DNA of 62,388 bases, filler included, from Actinomycetota bacterium (GCA_013152275.1; 4 parts of 4 records of this genome joined end to end with filler, not necessarily neighbours in it), one strand, 5' to 3'; positions 48,927-61,732 are shown, numbered from the whole stretch's first letter. Numbers and translations: made by a program. Notes: generated by a model from the sequence alone, not told the origin.

Positions 48927-50696
48927 TCAGAGGTCGAGAGGGTCTACATCCAGTCGAACGGCAGCGCCTCCGTCGCGAAGCGTTTGCACGGCCGGTCGGA
49001 GCGATGATCGTACATCGGAAAGATCACGACCCTGGATCAGCCAACGCAGCTTGCCTGATCGCTCGGCGGGACCCAGGAGGGTCGCCCTTGTTCCGACGGC
49101 TTCCCGCAACACGGTCCGTGCGTCCCGCGTCCCCCCGGTCACCTCGACAACGATCACTTCACCGGCGGGCGGCAGCCCGAACTCCTGCCGAACTTGCAGC
49201 TCCCCCTCGAGAAACGGCAGCGGATCCCCGCTGCGTAACGCAACGATCACCGGATGCTCCGGCTGACCGGTCTGCACGATCAGGTGCCGGCCGTTGCCGA
49301 ACGGGATGCCGGCAGCGAGACGCGCGAAAATGCGCAGGGCCTCCTCCGCCGCGTTGTAGGCGCTACCGAGAATCAATCCGTCGGCATCGACCACTACGCC
49401 AAGCCCGACCCCCGTGACCGAAGGGATATCACGCTCGGTACCGACCCAAATGAGGGCTGCGCTGCCAACTGCACCCACCGCCCCATCCCCATGTGCACGG
49501 CGCAGGACCTCGGAGATCCTTCCCACGCCGGCTCCCAGCGGTTCGAATCGTCCCCCTCCACAGACCTTGCACGACCCCAGCTCGGCTCCGCATCGGCTGC
49601 ACGCCTCACCGGGTTCGGGCCGCGACCCGCACGAAGGACAGCGGCGCAGCGTCTTGCACCTGACGCAGCGGAATGCCGGGGCATACCCGCGCCTGTGACT
49701 GAACACGAACACCCTGACACCTCTGCGTACGGCACCCGCAATCGCGTTTCTGACCCGATGGGCAAAGAGTCCACTTCCAGGTGGATCCTCCGTCCGATCG
49801 ACGATCTCGACCGGGGGCCATCCCCTGGTCGAACGCCGCTGGACTTCGACACCCGATGCGAGCACGGTCGTGCTCGGCACATTCCCCAGATACACGATGT
49901 TGAAGCGTTCCACCGAGGCCCGACGCCGGATGACCTCTCTCGCATGAACCGTAGGTGTTTGACGGTCCCGCATCGCTCGGCGCCCCTCCTCCACAAGCAC
50001 CCCGAGCCGCAGCCCCTCGATCGGCCAGAACACAACCCGGTGTGTGCCCACCACGACGTGTCCCGGCGTTTCACACGCGCGCTCCCAGGCGGCGGTGACC
50101 TCACGATGAGAGGCCTCGGGCAGTACCTCGATGACACGGGCTCCGAACGCTGCACGCAGGAGAGCGCCATGGGTTGCGACTTCTGCTCCCGTCGCCAAGA
50201 TAACCATCACGGAGCCGCCTGAGCGAAGAACGGGTCCGACATCCAGCAGGGTATCGGTCAGCTCATCCCTGCCGACCAGGCAGTACACGGCCCTTGCCCG
50301 GTCCCCGGCGGCTGCTGCGGAAATCGGCGCCGGCGTCCCACTCGATGCCTGCCGTCCCACCGGAGCAAGCACTTCCGTGTCCACTTTGCCAGGCAGGTTC
50401 GGGGGACCGGCACGACGTAGGAGAGCAGCGAGGGGAGCGACATAGTGATGAGCGGCCCATCGCAGCGTCTGCAAGAGGTCTTCGGTGAAGATCGGCACCT
50501 CCGCCGACAGCGCCTTGATCGGCTTCAGGGCCGAAGGCTCTCCAGGCTCCGCACCGACGACCCACCCGCGCACGACCCTTCGTCCCAGAGGTACACGTAC
50601 GATGGATCCAACCGGCAATGGCCGATCGGTCGCGTAGCGAAACCCTTCGTCGACGGCGTATGTGGGAAGATCAGGAACGACTCGCGCAATGCGCAA
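48927..50696 (-). CDS. priA: Primosomal protein N' (PriA), helicase motifs degenerate
   Basis: GSIVRVPLG 3'-DNA-binding domain, four CxxC pairs, IVQT, LPP, DVDP; position between metK and def/fmt. Confidence 0.85.
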   Translation of the reverse strand: MRIARVVPDLPTYAVDEGFRYATDRPLPVGSIVRVPLGRRVVRGWVVGAEPGEPSALKPIKALSAEVPIFTEDLLQTLRWAAHHYVAPLAALLRRAGPPNLPGKVDTEVLAPVGRQASSGTPAPISAAAAGDRARAVYCLVGRDELTDTLLDVGPVLRSGGSVMVILATGAEVATHGALLRAAFGARVIEVLPEASHREVTAAWERACETPGHVVVGTHRVVFWPIEGLRLGVLVEEGRRAMRDRQTPTVHAREVIRRRASVERFNIVYLGNVPSTTVLASGVEVQRRSTRGWPPVEIVDRTEDPPGSGLFAHRVRNAIAGAVRRGVRVFVFSHRRGYAPAFRCVRCKTLRRCPSCGSRPEPGEACSRCGAELGSCKVCGGGRFEPLGAGVGRISEVLRRAHGDGAVGAVGSAALIWVGTERDIPSVTGVGLGVVVDADGLILGSAYNAAEEALRIFARLAAGIPFGNGRHLIVQTGQPEHPVIVALRSGDPLPFLEGELQVRQEFGLPPAGEVIVVEVTGGTRDARTVLREAVGTRATLLGPAERSGKLRWLIQGRDLSDVRSSLRPAVQTLRDGGAAVRLDVDPLDL

Positions 50697-50698
50697 AG

Positions 50699-51874
50699 TC
50701 AGCCTGCCTCCCTTGCCAGATCCTCGGCCAGGTCGGTCATCTCCCAAGGGAATCCTTCACGACCGAAGTGACCGTACGCAGATGTTGCCGTGTAGATCGG
50801 CCGGCGCAAACCGAACCGTTCGATGATCGCTTCGGGTCGAAAGTCGAAGCGTTCCCTGACGAGCTCGTCAAGAACGACCGGATCGATGTGTTCGGTACCG
50901 AACGTCTCCACTCGAATGGAGAACGGCCGGGCACGTCCGATCGCGTACGAGAGCTGTACCTCGCACTCCTCCGCCAGGCCGGCCGCCACGACGTTCTTCG
51001 CCGCATGTCTCGCCGCATACGCCGCAGAGCGATCGACCTTCGTGGGGTCCTTCCCGGAAAAGCAACCACCCCCGTGGCGGGCGGCGCCTCCGTACGTGTC
51101 GACGATGATCTTGCGCCCGGTGAGGCCGGTATCGGCTTCGGGTCCCCCCACTTCGAATCTCCCCGAAGGGTTGACGAGCAACTCGAACTCTCCGTCGATC
51201 AGCGCAGGATCCAGTGCAGGTCCAACGACCACCTCCGCGAGCTCATCCTTCAGCCGCTCTTGGGAAAACCCCGGCTTGTGCTGGGTCGAGATCAGCACCC
51301 GGTGCACCGCGACGGGTGTACGACCCTCATACTCGACGGTCACCTGGGTTTTCCCGTCCGGACCGAGATAGTCGAGCGTCCCATCTTTGCGGACCGCTGC
51401 GAGTCGCTCTGCAAGCCGATGCGCGTACTCGATCGGGGCGGGCATGAGTTCCGGGGTCTCCTTGACCGCGTATCCGAACATGATCCCCTGGTCCCCGGCA
51501 CCGAGACGGTCCATCGGGTCGGTGGATCCGTTCCTCCACTCGAGTGAGACATCGACTCCCCCGGCGATGTCAGGGCTCTGCACACCGATCAGATTGTCGA
51601 TCTGGCACGTCTGTGCCGAGAATACCGCTGCGGAATTGTCGTATCCCGAAGCTGCGATTGCACCACGGGTTGTCCTGTCGACATCGATCTGGGCGTTACT
51701 GCCGATCTCGCCGGCAACGAGAACCCGGCCCCGGGTTACGAGCGTCTCACATGCGACGCGTCCCGCAGGGTCCTGCCTGATCACCTCATCGAGGATCGAG
51801 TCGGAGATGCGATCGGCGACCTTGTCGGGATGCCCTTCGGTGACGGATTCGGATGTAAAGAACCAGGTACGCAT
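50699..51874 (-). CDS. metK: S-adenosylmethionine synthetase
   Basis: [28 protein letters not shown]. Confidence 0.98.
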   Translation of the reverse strand: MRTWFFTSESVTEGHPDKVADRISDSILDEVIRQDPAGRVACETLVTRGRVLVAGEIGSNAQIDVDRTTRGAIAASGYDNSAAVFSAQTCQIDNLIGVQSPDIAGGVDVSLEWRNGSTDPMDRLGAGDQGIMFGYAVKETPELMPAPIEYAHRLAERLAAVRKDGTLDYLGPDGKTQVTVEYEGRTPVAVHRVLISTQHKPGFSQERLKDELAEVVVGPALDPALIDGEFELLVNPSGRFEVGGPEADTGLTGRKIIVDTYGGAARHGGGCFSGKDPTKVDRSAAYAARHAAKNVVAAGLAEECEVQLSYAIGRARPFSIRVETFGTEHIDPVVLDELVRERFDFRPEAIIERFGLRRPIYTATSAYGHFGREGFPWEMTDLAEDLAREAG

Positions 51875-51903
51875 CGCCGGGAGTATACGGCATCGGCATC
51901 ACT

Positions 51904-51946
51904 GGAGCCTGCCGAGTGGTGCCGATGCGTGGATCGGCGGTCTTGC
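51904..51946 (+). repeat. End of MITE-like element homologous to 54348-54390
   Basis: 35/43 identity by manual alignment, mostly transitions. Confidence 0.6.
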
Positions 51947-52120
51947 TCGCTTCGGTACCGGGCACCGAATGCCGGGGACTTCACATCGTCACCCGCCGGG
52001 CCGAAGACCGCAGGGCGAACGTTGTGGCTCCTCGTGTCCATGATCCAGCCGCCCCGAGCAGGGAGCCGACCAGCCGACTCCCCACGTGCAAAGAATCTCG
52101 AGCGCGTTCGTGCGGCCAGG

Positions 52121-53299
52121 CTATCGGCGTAGGAGCGGTTTCGCTCTCTCCACGATGACGTCCCAAAGACGGACGGCGACCTCTTGCTTCGACATGAGCG
52201 GCCACGTGTCGATGGCGCCATCGGGATCGAGAATGCTCACCTGGTTCGTCTCGGTTCCGAATCCGGACCCTTGTGCGCTCACGTCGTTGGCAACGATGAA
52301 GTCTGCACCTTTGTCGCGGGCTTTCTCGATCGCTGCATCGACCGGACCCGTCTCGGCGGCAAATCCTACGAGGAACGGCCGAGTCTCGAGCGCCGCGACG
52401 GCAGCAAGAATGTCGGGAGTCTTCGTCAACTCCAGCATCGGCGGGCCTTCCTTCCGCCGGAGCTTGCGATCGGAGATCTGGGCCGGTTTGAAGTCTGCAA
52501 CGGCGGCCGCCATCACGACCGCATCGACACGCGAAGCACGTTCCAGGACCGCTTCGGCCATCTCGTCCGCGGTCTCGACCGTGACACGATCTACCCCCGG
52601 GGGTGTCTCGAGGGCCGACGTGCTGATCAACGTGACCCGTGCGCCTCTGCGGGCCGCCTCGGCGGCGATGGCATGGCCCATCTTCCCGGTCGATCGGTTG
52701 CCGAGGAACCGAACAGGATCTATGGGCTCACGGGTACCCCCGGCCGTCACGAGTACGTCCCATCCTGCAAGCTCGGGATTCAGCATGGCCGAAAGGGCGG
52801 TGACGATCTCCTCGGGTTCGACCATTCTTCCCGGCCCCGAGTCCCCGCCGGCAAGCGCTCCGGACGCCGGACCCACGAAACGATACCCATCGGTCATCAA
52901 CGTGGACACGTTTCTTCGTGTTGCGGCGTTTTCCCACATCTCGGTGTGCATCGCGGGAGCGAAGAGCACCGGGGAGCGCGTTGCCAGAAGCGTCGCCGAC
53001 AGCAGGTCGTCTCCCAGTCCCGCGGCCGCCTTGGCGATCGTCGTGGCGGTTGCGGGCGCAACCACGACACCTTCCGCCCAGTGCGCGAGTTCGGTGTGCG
53101 GGCTCACTCGACCGAAGAGATCGGTAAGGACACGGTGGCCGGTCACCGCCGAGAAGCTCTGCGCCCCGACGAAGCGCTGGGCCGCCTCGGTCATGACCAC
53201 CTGAACGTCCGCACCCTCCTCGCCGAGTCGGCGAGCCAGGTACACGGCCTTGTACGCGGCGATACCTCCGGTGACTCCGAGCAGGATACGCCGCTGCAT
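52121..53299 (-). CDS. coaBC: Bifunctional phosphopantothenoylcysteine decarboxylase/synthetase
   Basis: GVTGGIAAYK, APAMHTEMW, TAGGTREPIDPVRF, GFAAET. Confidence 0.96.
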   Translation of the reverse strand: MQRRILLGVTGGIAAYKAVYLARRLGEEGADVQVVMTEAAQRFVGAQSFSAVTGHRVLTDLFGRVSPHTELAHWAEGVVVAPATATTIAKAAAGLGDDLLSATLLATRSPVLFAPAMHTEMWENAATRRNVSTLMTDGYRFVGPASGALAGGDSGPGRMVEPEEIVTALSAMLNPELAGWDVLVTAGGTREPIDPVRFLGNRSTGKMGHAIAAEAARRGARVTLISTSALETPPGVDRVTVETADEMAEAVLERASRVDAVVMAAAVADFKPAQISDRKLRRKEGPPMLELTKTPDILAAVAALETRPFLVGFAAETGPVDAAIEKARDKGADFIVANDVSAQGSGFGTETNQVSILDPDGAIDTWPLMSKQEVAVRLWDVIVERAKPLLRR

Positions 53300-53305
53300 G
53301 GGCGG

Positions 53306-53536
53306 CTAGTCCTCTGCGTGAGCGACGACGAGCTTGCCCTGAACGATCTCTTCGAACGCGATCGTCAGCGCCTTGTGGCTCAACGTGTGAACCTGTGGCG
53401 GAACGTAGTGCCCGATTCCTTCGCCCAGCTGGTTGAAATAGGCGTTGATCTGGCGGGCGCGACGCGAAGCAAGCACGACGAGATCGAACCGACCTCCCGC
53501 CACTTCCAGGAGATCTTCGACCGGTGGTTGCATCAT
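53306..53536 (-). CDS. rpoZ: RNA polymerase omega subunit
   Basis: PPVEDLL...RRARQINAY...KALTIAFEEI. Confidence 0.92.
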   Translation of the reverse strand: MMQPPVEDLLEVAGGRFDLVVLASRRARQINAYFNQLGEGIGHYVPPQVHTLSHKALTIAFEEIVQGKLVVAHAED

Positions 53537-54114
53537 GATGAATCTGCTCTCGTGGGGGATTCGGCAAGTATACGCAGGATTTGGGCGACCGTGTCCTCAA
53601 CATCCCTGTTGACGACGACATGATCGAACGTGTCCCTGGCATTGCGCAGCTGCCATGCCGCGATTTCGAGGCGTCGCTCGATCTGCTCCGGGTCGGTGTC
53701 CCCCCTCCCCCGAAGTCTCTGCTCGAGGGCCTCCATCGACGGAGGGGCCACAAACACCGTGATCGCTTCGGGGAACACTGCTTTGACCTGCGCTGCACCG
53801 TCGACCTCGATGTCCAACAAGACGTCGTTGCCGGACGCCAGCTGCTCCAGAACAGGATCTTTCGGGGTTCCGTACCGATACCCGGCGTACTCGGCCCATT
53901 CGAGGAGTTGGCCCGAGGACCGCAGATCGGCAAACGTCTCCGGCGTGACGAACCGGTAGTCCACCCCGTCCACCTCTCCGGGTCGGCGCCTCCTCGTCGT
54001 GACCGAAACGGAGAAGAAGAAGGGGTGCCGCTCGTGGAGTGCGGCCACCACCGTCGACTTGCCGACACCCGAAGGACCCGAAACGACGATGAGTCGCCCA
54101 CGCTCGGTGCTCAC
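53533..54114 (-). CDS. gmk: Guanylate kinase
   Basis: SGPSGVGKST, TTRRRRPGEVDGVDY, YGT. Confidence 0.96.
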   Translation of the reverse strand: MSTERGRLIVVSGPSGVGKSTVVAALHERHPFFFSVSVTTRRRRPGEVDGVDYRFVTPETFADLRSSGQLLEWAEYAGYRYGTPKDPVLEQLASGNDVLLDIEVDGAAQVKAVFPEAITVFVAPPSMEALEQRLRGRGDTDPEQIERRLEIAAWQLRNARDTFDHVVVNRDVEDTVAQILRILAESPTRADSS

Positions 54115-54148
54115 GAGGACTCGCGTTCGCGCCGCCGCGCGCCAGTCG

Positions 54149-54205
54149 CGTATTCGCGGATCTCGTATTCACGGATCTCGTATCGTGTACTTCGTACTTC
54201 GTACC
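54149..54205. repeat. Short 7/15-nt tandem repeats
   Basis: CGTATTC(G/A)CGGATCT twice, then TCGTACT-type heptamers. Confidence 0.6.
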
Positions 54206-54302
54206 GCGACAGGGCATCGATACGAGACCGTGGGGCGGGCATCACGGCTCCTGCCGAAGACGAACACCGGAACGACCTGGCGGCCGGAGGCCGGGTTCCT
54301 GG

Positions 54303-54511
54303 GCACGGTCGTCGAGGTGCGTGCCATGCATTGCTCGGCGGGCTCCAGGAGTCTGCCGGGTGATGTCGGTGCGTGCATCGGCGGCCGTGCGTGTCGCTCG
54401 CAAGGACACAGGACGAAGGCGCACCCATCGTGGTGCTTCGAGGGCTGAGGACGTCGCGAGCGTCGATGCACGGTCGTCGAGGTGCGTGCCATGCATTGCT
54501 CGGCGGGCTCC
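54303..54511. mobile_element. MITE-like element (54348-54511) plus a duplicated 44-bp right end (54303-54346)
   Basis: Exact 44-bp direct repeat 54303-54346 = 54468-54511; terminal inverted repeat GGAGYCYGCCGRG; right end abuts the mIHF stop codon. Confidence 0.6.
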
Positions 54512-54822
54512 TAAGAAAACGTGTCGAGGAGGGCGGCACGCTGGCGTCCACCGAGGCCACGCAGCCTCCTGCTCTCAGCGATGCCGTGTGTTTCCATGAG
54601 CCGCTTCGCCTTGACCTTGCCGGTGCCCGGCAACGAGCACAGCACGGCGGTGACCTTCATGCCTGCGACGATCGGATCTTCATCTGCGCGCTCCAACAGT
54701 TCGGCGAACGTGACCGAGCCGATTTTCAGGAGTTGCTTGAGTTCCGCGCGAACCCTGCGCGCCTCGGCGGCTTTTGCGAGAGCAGCCGCTCGCTGCTCAT
54801 TGGTAAGTGAGGGAGGTGCCAT
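54511..54822 (-). CDS. mihF: Actinobacterial integration host factor
   Basis: LTNEQRAAALAKAAEARRVRAELK...SLPGTGKVKA...IAESRRLRGLG; position between pyrF and gmk. Confidence 0.93.
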   Translation of the reverse strand: MAPPSLTNEQRAAALAKAAEARRVRAELKQLLKIGSVTFAELLERADEDPIVAGMKVTAVLCSLPGTGKVKAKRLMETHGIAESRRLRGLGGRQRAALLDTFS

Positions 54823-54843
54823 GAGTCCGCACTCTACCAAGCC

Positions 54844-55533
54844 TCAGATCGACGCGAGTATTCGACGCGCGGCCAGCACGGGCTCGGCGGCACGGATGAT
54901 CGGACGACCGACCACCAGGACATCGGCTCCGTGCCGCATCGCTTCGCGAGGGGTGGCAATCCTTGCCTGATCGTCCTTGTCGGCTCCGGCCTCTCGAATC
55001 CCGGGAGTGACCTTCACCAGATCGGGTGCCACCGTGGCAACGATGCCGAGTTCTCTCGGCGAGCAGACCACACCTTCACATCCGCTCTCCGCGGCAAGAC
55101 GGGCCATGCGGGAGACGAGGCGTCCAGGAGACGCTGCGATGCCGACACCGTGCAAAGCCTCCTCGTCGAGACTCGTGAGCACCGTCACGGCGAGGACACC
55201 GGCGTCTCTGCCGCCCGCTCCGTCGGTGAGACCTTCCACGGCTGCTTCCATCATCGCCCTTCCTCCGGAAGCGTGCACACTGATCCAACGGGCTCCGAGC
55301 GCTCCGAGCTGCCTTGCCGCGCGGCGAACGGTGGCCGGAATGTCGTGCAGCTTCGCGTCGGCAAAGACCGGGACTCCGTTCGCTCCGAGCATGGCGATCG
55401 TCGCAGGCCCGGGGCCACTCAGCAGCTCCAGGCCCACCTTGAAACCTCCCACTTCGCCTTCGAGCATGTGTGCCAGCCGCACCGCCTGAGCGGCAGTCGC
55501 CACGTCGAGCGCCACAATCAGCGGGTTTACCAC
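54844..55533 (-). CDS. pyrF: Orotidine-5'-phosphate decarboxylase
   Basis: ALD, KVGLEL, DAKLHDIPATV, TPGIR, VGRPI. Confidence 0.96.
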   Translation of the reverse strand: MVNPLIVALDVATAAQAVRLAHMLEGEVGGFKVGLELLSGPGPATIAMLGANGVPVFADAKLHDIPATVRRAARQLGALGARWISVHASGGRAMMEAAVEGLTDGAGGRDAGVLAVTVLTSLDEEALHGVGIAASPGRLVSRMARLAAESGCEGVVCSPRELGIVATVAPDLVKVTPGIREAGADKDDQARIATPREAMRHGADVLVVGRPIIRAAEPVLAARRILASI

Positions 55534-56450
55534 GGTTTCACTCCTCCAATCAGTTCTCTCAACGTCGCGAACTGCAACTCCTTGGCGAGGCCGAGCACCT
55601 CACGAAGAATCCTGCTTCCAGCTCTCGGCTCCATGAAGTGCACCGAGCCGATACCGACTGCCGACGCTCCGGCCAAGAGATACTCGATCACGTCTTCCCC
55701 ACTCCGCACCCCGCCGCAGCCGACGATCGGTGCGTCGGGTATCTCCCGGTGAACTTCGAGCACGCAGGCGAGCGAAATCGGTTTCAGCGGGGGCCCCGAG
55801 TAGCCACCGATCAACCCTGTGAGGATCGGCCGTCGGGTTCGCACGTCGATACCTGCCCCCCTGACCGTATTCGTCAGAGTGAGAAAGTCTGCCCCCGCCT
55901 CCATGACGGCGCCGGCAACCGCAACGATATCTCCAGCATTGGGAGACAGCTTCGCTCCGATGGGAATGTCCACCGCCGACCGAACCTCCGCGACGACTTC
56001 GCCCGATTTCGCCGGGTCGAGTGCGATGATTCCCCGCCCTTCGAGGTTCGGGCAGGAAAGATTGACCTCGACCGCTCCAACGCCCGCACGAGCCATCTCG
56101 CTTGCGACGAGCGCGAACTCTCCCGGTGTCTGTCCGACCGCAGAGCCCCACACGGGAATCGGCACCGTTTCGATCTCGGCTGCCATGGACAGGACCCAGG
56201 CCTCGATACCAGGGTTCTGGATGCCGATTCCGTTGAGCATCCCTGTCCCCACAGACCCCACACGTGGTGCCGGACGCCCGGGCCACGGCTCGGCACTCAC
56301 CGACTTGGCGACCGCGGCACCGTACGCCTGTAGCTCGGCCACCGCGGCGAAGTCGACGACTGCTCCGAACGTTCCTGCCGCCGCAACCAACGGTGTGTCG
56401 AGAAGTACAGGTCCCAACCTGGTTCTCGTATCGACCGGTGAAGTCATCAC
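55527..56450 (-). CDS. pyrD: Dihydroorotate dehydrogenase, class 1 catalytic subunit
   Basis: AGTFG, LNGIGIQNPG, EVNLSCPN, KLSP, GGYSG. Confidence 0.93.
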   Translation of the reverse strand: MMTSPVDTRTRLGPVLLDTPLVAAAGTFGAVVDFAAVAELQAYGAAVAKSVSAEPWPGRPAPRVGSVGTGMLNGIGIQNPGIEAWVLSMAAEIETVPIPVWGSAVGQTPGEFALVASEMARAGVGAVEVNLSCPNLEGRGIIALDPAKSGEVVAEVRSAVDIPIGAKLSPNAGDIVAVAGAVMEAGADFLTLTNTVRGAGIDVRTRRPILTGLIGGYSGPPLKPISLACVLEVHREIPDAPIVGCGGVRSGEDVIEYLLAGASAVGIGSVHFMEPRAGSRILREVLGLAKELQFATLRELIGGVKPW

Positions 56451-57695
56451 TCCGACCGGTAGGTCACGTCGCCGTTGTGCACCGTTGCCATCACACGCCC
56501 CGTCAGGGTTCGTCCCAGGAACGGGGAGTTGCCCGAACGCGAAACGAATCGGCGCGGCGTCCATCGGACATCGGGAGCGAAGACGACGATGTTGGCCGGC
56601 ACACCGGGCTCCAACCACCGGCCGTGCTCACCGAGACCGGCGATCGTGGCCGGTGCAAGCGACATCCTCTCGAACAGCGTGACCGGATCCGGTGCCACGA
56701 ATGTCTGCACGACCGCCGCAGCCGTCTCGAGCCCGATCACGCCACGTGGCGCTTCTTCGAACGGGACGTCCTTCTCGGCTGCCGCATGTGGAGCATGATC
56801 GGTGGCCACCGCGTCGATCGTACCGTCCCGCAGGGCCTCGGCGACCGCGGCCACGTCTTGCGCGCTGCGAAGCGGCGGGTACATCTTGTACGCAGAGTCC
56901 ATCTGTTCGATCTCGGTGTGATCCAGGGCCAGATGGTGCGGAGTAGCCTCCGCTGTCACCGGCAGGCCCCGACGTTTTGCCGTACGCACCAGCTCCACCG
57001 TGCCGGCCGTGGAAACGTGCTGCACGTGGTACCTGACGCCGGTGAGCTCGGCGAGTGCGAGGTCCCTGGCAACGATGGTCTCCTCTGCGAGAGAAGGGAT
57101 GCCTTGCATACCAAGTCTCGAAGAGACCGCGCCCTCGTGCATGTGGGCGTTGCGAGTCAGCCCGGGATCCTCGGCGTGTTGGGCAACCGTCCCACCGAGG
57201 TCGGAGATGTACTCCATGGCATGACGCAGGAGTCCCGCATCCTGCACGGTATTCCCATCGTCGGAGAACAGACGCACACCGGCTTTCCACAGTTCGTCGA
57301 GATGCGCGAGGTGTTCCCCGTTGCGCCCGAGCGTGATCGCCCCGGCAGGGATCACCTCCACGAGGCCGACTTCCCTCCCCCGTTCCTGGATATAGCGAGC
57401 GAGGTGTCCTGCATCGGTTGCGGGTTCGGTGTTCGCCATCGCCACGACGGCCGTGAATCCGCCGGCGGCTGCCGCCCTGGATCCACTCTCGATGTCTTCC
57501 TTCCACTCCTGGCCGGGCTCCCGCAAGTGCACGTGAAGGTCGACGAAACCTGGTCCGACGAGCATCCCGTCGCAATCGATGACCTTCTCCGCCCGCAGGT
57601 GCCCGCCGACCTCCACCACTCGTCCTTCACGGATGAGTACATCCGCCGCCGCCGGCCCGCCCGGGCCGAGAACGATGCCTCTCTGCAATACGAGT

Positions 57696-57703
<8 letters not shown>
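56447..57703 (-). CDS. pyrC: Dihydroorotase
   Basis: DLHVHLREPG, KMYPPLR, ATDHAPH. Confidence 0.95.
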
Positions 57704-59674
<1,971 letters not shown>

Positions 59675-59678
<4 letters not shown>

Positions 59679-60232
59679 ACGCGTGTGATGTAGGTGCCGG
59701 TGCGGGTATCCACTTTGATGTGGTCGCCCTCTTCCACGAACAGAGGGACATGCACGACAAGCCCTGTCGAGACGGTGACCGGCTTCGTGGCCCCCGAGAC
59801 CCGGTCACCTTTGACGCCGGGCTCTGCTTCAACGACCTCCATCTCGACCGATGCCGGCAGCTCGACGGCGATGGGCACTTCGCGATACATCGGCAGGATC
59901 GCCGTCAGACCATCGACCAGAAACGATGCCGCGTCCCCCACTTGCTCTTCGTTCAGTGCGAACTGGGCGTACGTTTCGAGATCCATGAAGTGATAACCGA
60001 GGTCGTCACGGTAGAGAAACTGATGCTCGCGGCGATCGATCACCGCCTGTTGGACGTTCTCGCCGGCCCGAAACGTACGGTCGATCACCGCACCGCTGTC
60101 CAGGTTCTTCAGCTTCATCCGTACGAACGCCTTGCCCTTTCCCGGTTTGACATGCTGGTATTCCACGACGCTGAACAGTCCCTCCGGAAGATCCAAGGCC
60201 ATCCCCGGACGCGCGTCATTGGTTGAGATCAT
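59675..60232 (-). CDS. efp: Elongation factor P
   Basis: HVKPGKGKAF, PGVKGD, VPLFV, VDTRTG. Confidence 0.97.
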
Positions 60233-60251
60233 GCCGACTCCATGTGGTAAC

Positions 60252-61256
60252 TCACCTGAGTGTATCCGACAACACCGAGGACACGGCCGCATCGTCGACC
60301 GCGACGATCTCTGGTTCGCCGATCGCTCGCAGCAGGACCATGCGGATCAGCGATCCGTCTCGCTTCTTGTCTTTTCTCAGCATGTGCATCACCTTTGCGA
60401 GATCCGCCCTGCAGGTCGTCGGCAACTCCAGGCTCTCCAGCAGCGCGAGCTGCCGGTCCGCCTGGCCGAACCCCAGCACCGACTCGGCGATGTGTGCGGC
60501 AGCCGCCATACCGATCGAGACCGACTCGCCGTGCGAGAGACCCACAACCCGTTCGACGGCATGGCCGACGGTGTGGCCGTAGTTGAGCACCGTTCGCAAG
60601 CCCGTTTCACGCAGATCCTCGGTCACGATCTTGGCCTTGACACGGATCGCCGCCGGCACGATCTTCTCGAGAGATGCCTGCAACCCATGCTCCTCGAGTT
60701 CGACCACCAGGTCTTCGTCCCCGATCATTCCGGCTTTCGCGATCTCCGCCATCCCCTCACGAACCAGACGACGAGGAAGGCCACGCAGCACATCGAGGTC
60801 CACGAGGATCCTGCTCGGTTCCCAGAAGGTTCCGACCTGATTCTTTGCCTCGAGGTTCACCGCGGTCTTCCCGCCGATTGCCGCGTCGACTGCCGCAAGG
60901 AGTGTTGTGGGCACAGAGACGACTTCGATCCCGCGCAGATACGTCGATGCCACGAAACCCCCGACGTCGCAGACCGTCCCACCGCCGACCACAACGATCG
61001 TTCCCTGGCGATCCAATCCGATATCGTCGAGCCACCGATATGTGGCGGCCGCCACGGCAAGGGTCTTGGCCCGTTCCCCGTCAGGGAACACGCGAACGGG
61101 AGCTTCCAGATGCTTGGCCACACGTTCGGCCACGTCCCGCGCTCCGGGCTGGGTGAAGATCACGGCACCGGAGCGGTCGGAGCGTGATGGAAGCGGGGAA
61201 GCGAGAAGGTCACTCCCGACGAACACCTGGCTGCCGGCGGCCATCAGCCTCTCCAT
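60252..61256 (-). CDS. aroB: 3-dehydroquinate synthase
   Basis: GGGTVCD, PTTLLAAVDAAIGGKT, LNYGHT, HGE. Confidence 0.95.
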   Translation of the reverse strand: MERLMAAGSQVFVGSDLLASPLPSRSDRSGAVIFTQPGARDVAERVAKHLEAPVRVFPDGERAKTLAVAAATYRWLDDIGLDRQGTIVVVGGGTVCDVGGFVASTYLRGIEVVSVPTTLLAAVDAAIGGKTAVNLEAKNQVGTFWEPSRILVDLDVLRGLPRRLVREGMAEIAKAGMIGDEDLVVELEEHGLQASLEKIVPAAIRVKAKIVTEDLRETGLRTVLNYGHTVGHAVERVVGLSHGESVSIGMAAAAHIAESVLGFGQADRQLALLESLELPTTCRADLAKVMHMLRKDKKRDGSLIRMVLLRAIGEPEIVAVDDAAVSSVLSDTLR

Positions 61257-61732
61257 GCGGTCACCACTTCTTCCACGACGTCCTCTGTCGACAGGCCATC
61301 CGTCTGCACGATGTGATGCGCTGCCGCCCTGTAAATCTCGTGGCGCTCACGGTATATGTCCTGCAGGGCGCGCTTCTCGAGGATCGGCCGCCGTGGGCCT
61401 TCGACGAGCCGGCTCGCGAGCGTATCGGGCGGTGCTTTCAACCAGACCACCGTTCCCGAGGTCCGCATCAGATCCACCGCGGCCGCCGACGTGATCGCTC
61501 CGCCTCCCGTCGCGACGACGGCAGGAGCCGGACGGGCCGCGACCTCGGCCACCAACAACGCTTCCCTCTCGCGAAAGCCCGACTCTCCGACCGATGCCCA
61601 CTGGGATACGATCGAACCCCAACGCTGCTCGTGCAAGACATCCATGTCCACGAATTCCAGACCGAGGCGCTCTGCCACTTCTGCACCGATCGTGCTCTTG
61701 CCGGATCCCATCATCCCGATGAGCCAGAGCAT
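61244..61732 (-). CDS. aroK: Shikimate kinase
   Basis: GMMGSGKS, GESGFRERE, ATGGG, RP. Confidence 0.93.
   Translation of the reverse strand: MLWLIGMMGSGKSTIGAEVAERLGLEFVDMDVLHEQRWGSIVSQWASVGESGFREREALLVAEVAARPAPAVVATGGGAITSAAAVDLMRTSGTVVWLKAPPDTLASRLVEGPRRPILEKRALQDIYRERHEIYRAAAHHIVQTDGLSTEDVVEEVVTAWRG

Noticed and set aside
51888..52120. SAM riboswitch upstream of metK
   Set aside because: No SAM-I or SAM-IV core motifs recognised; metK appears leaderless and the region contains a MITE-like end instead.
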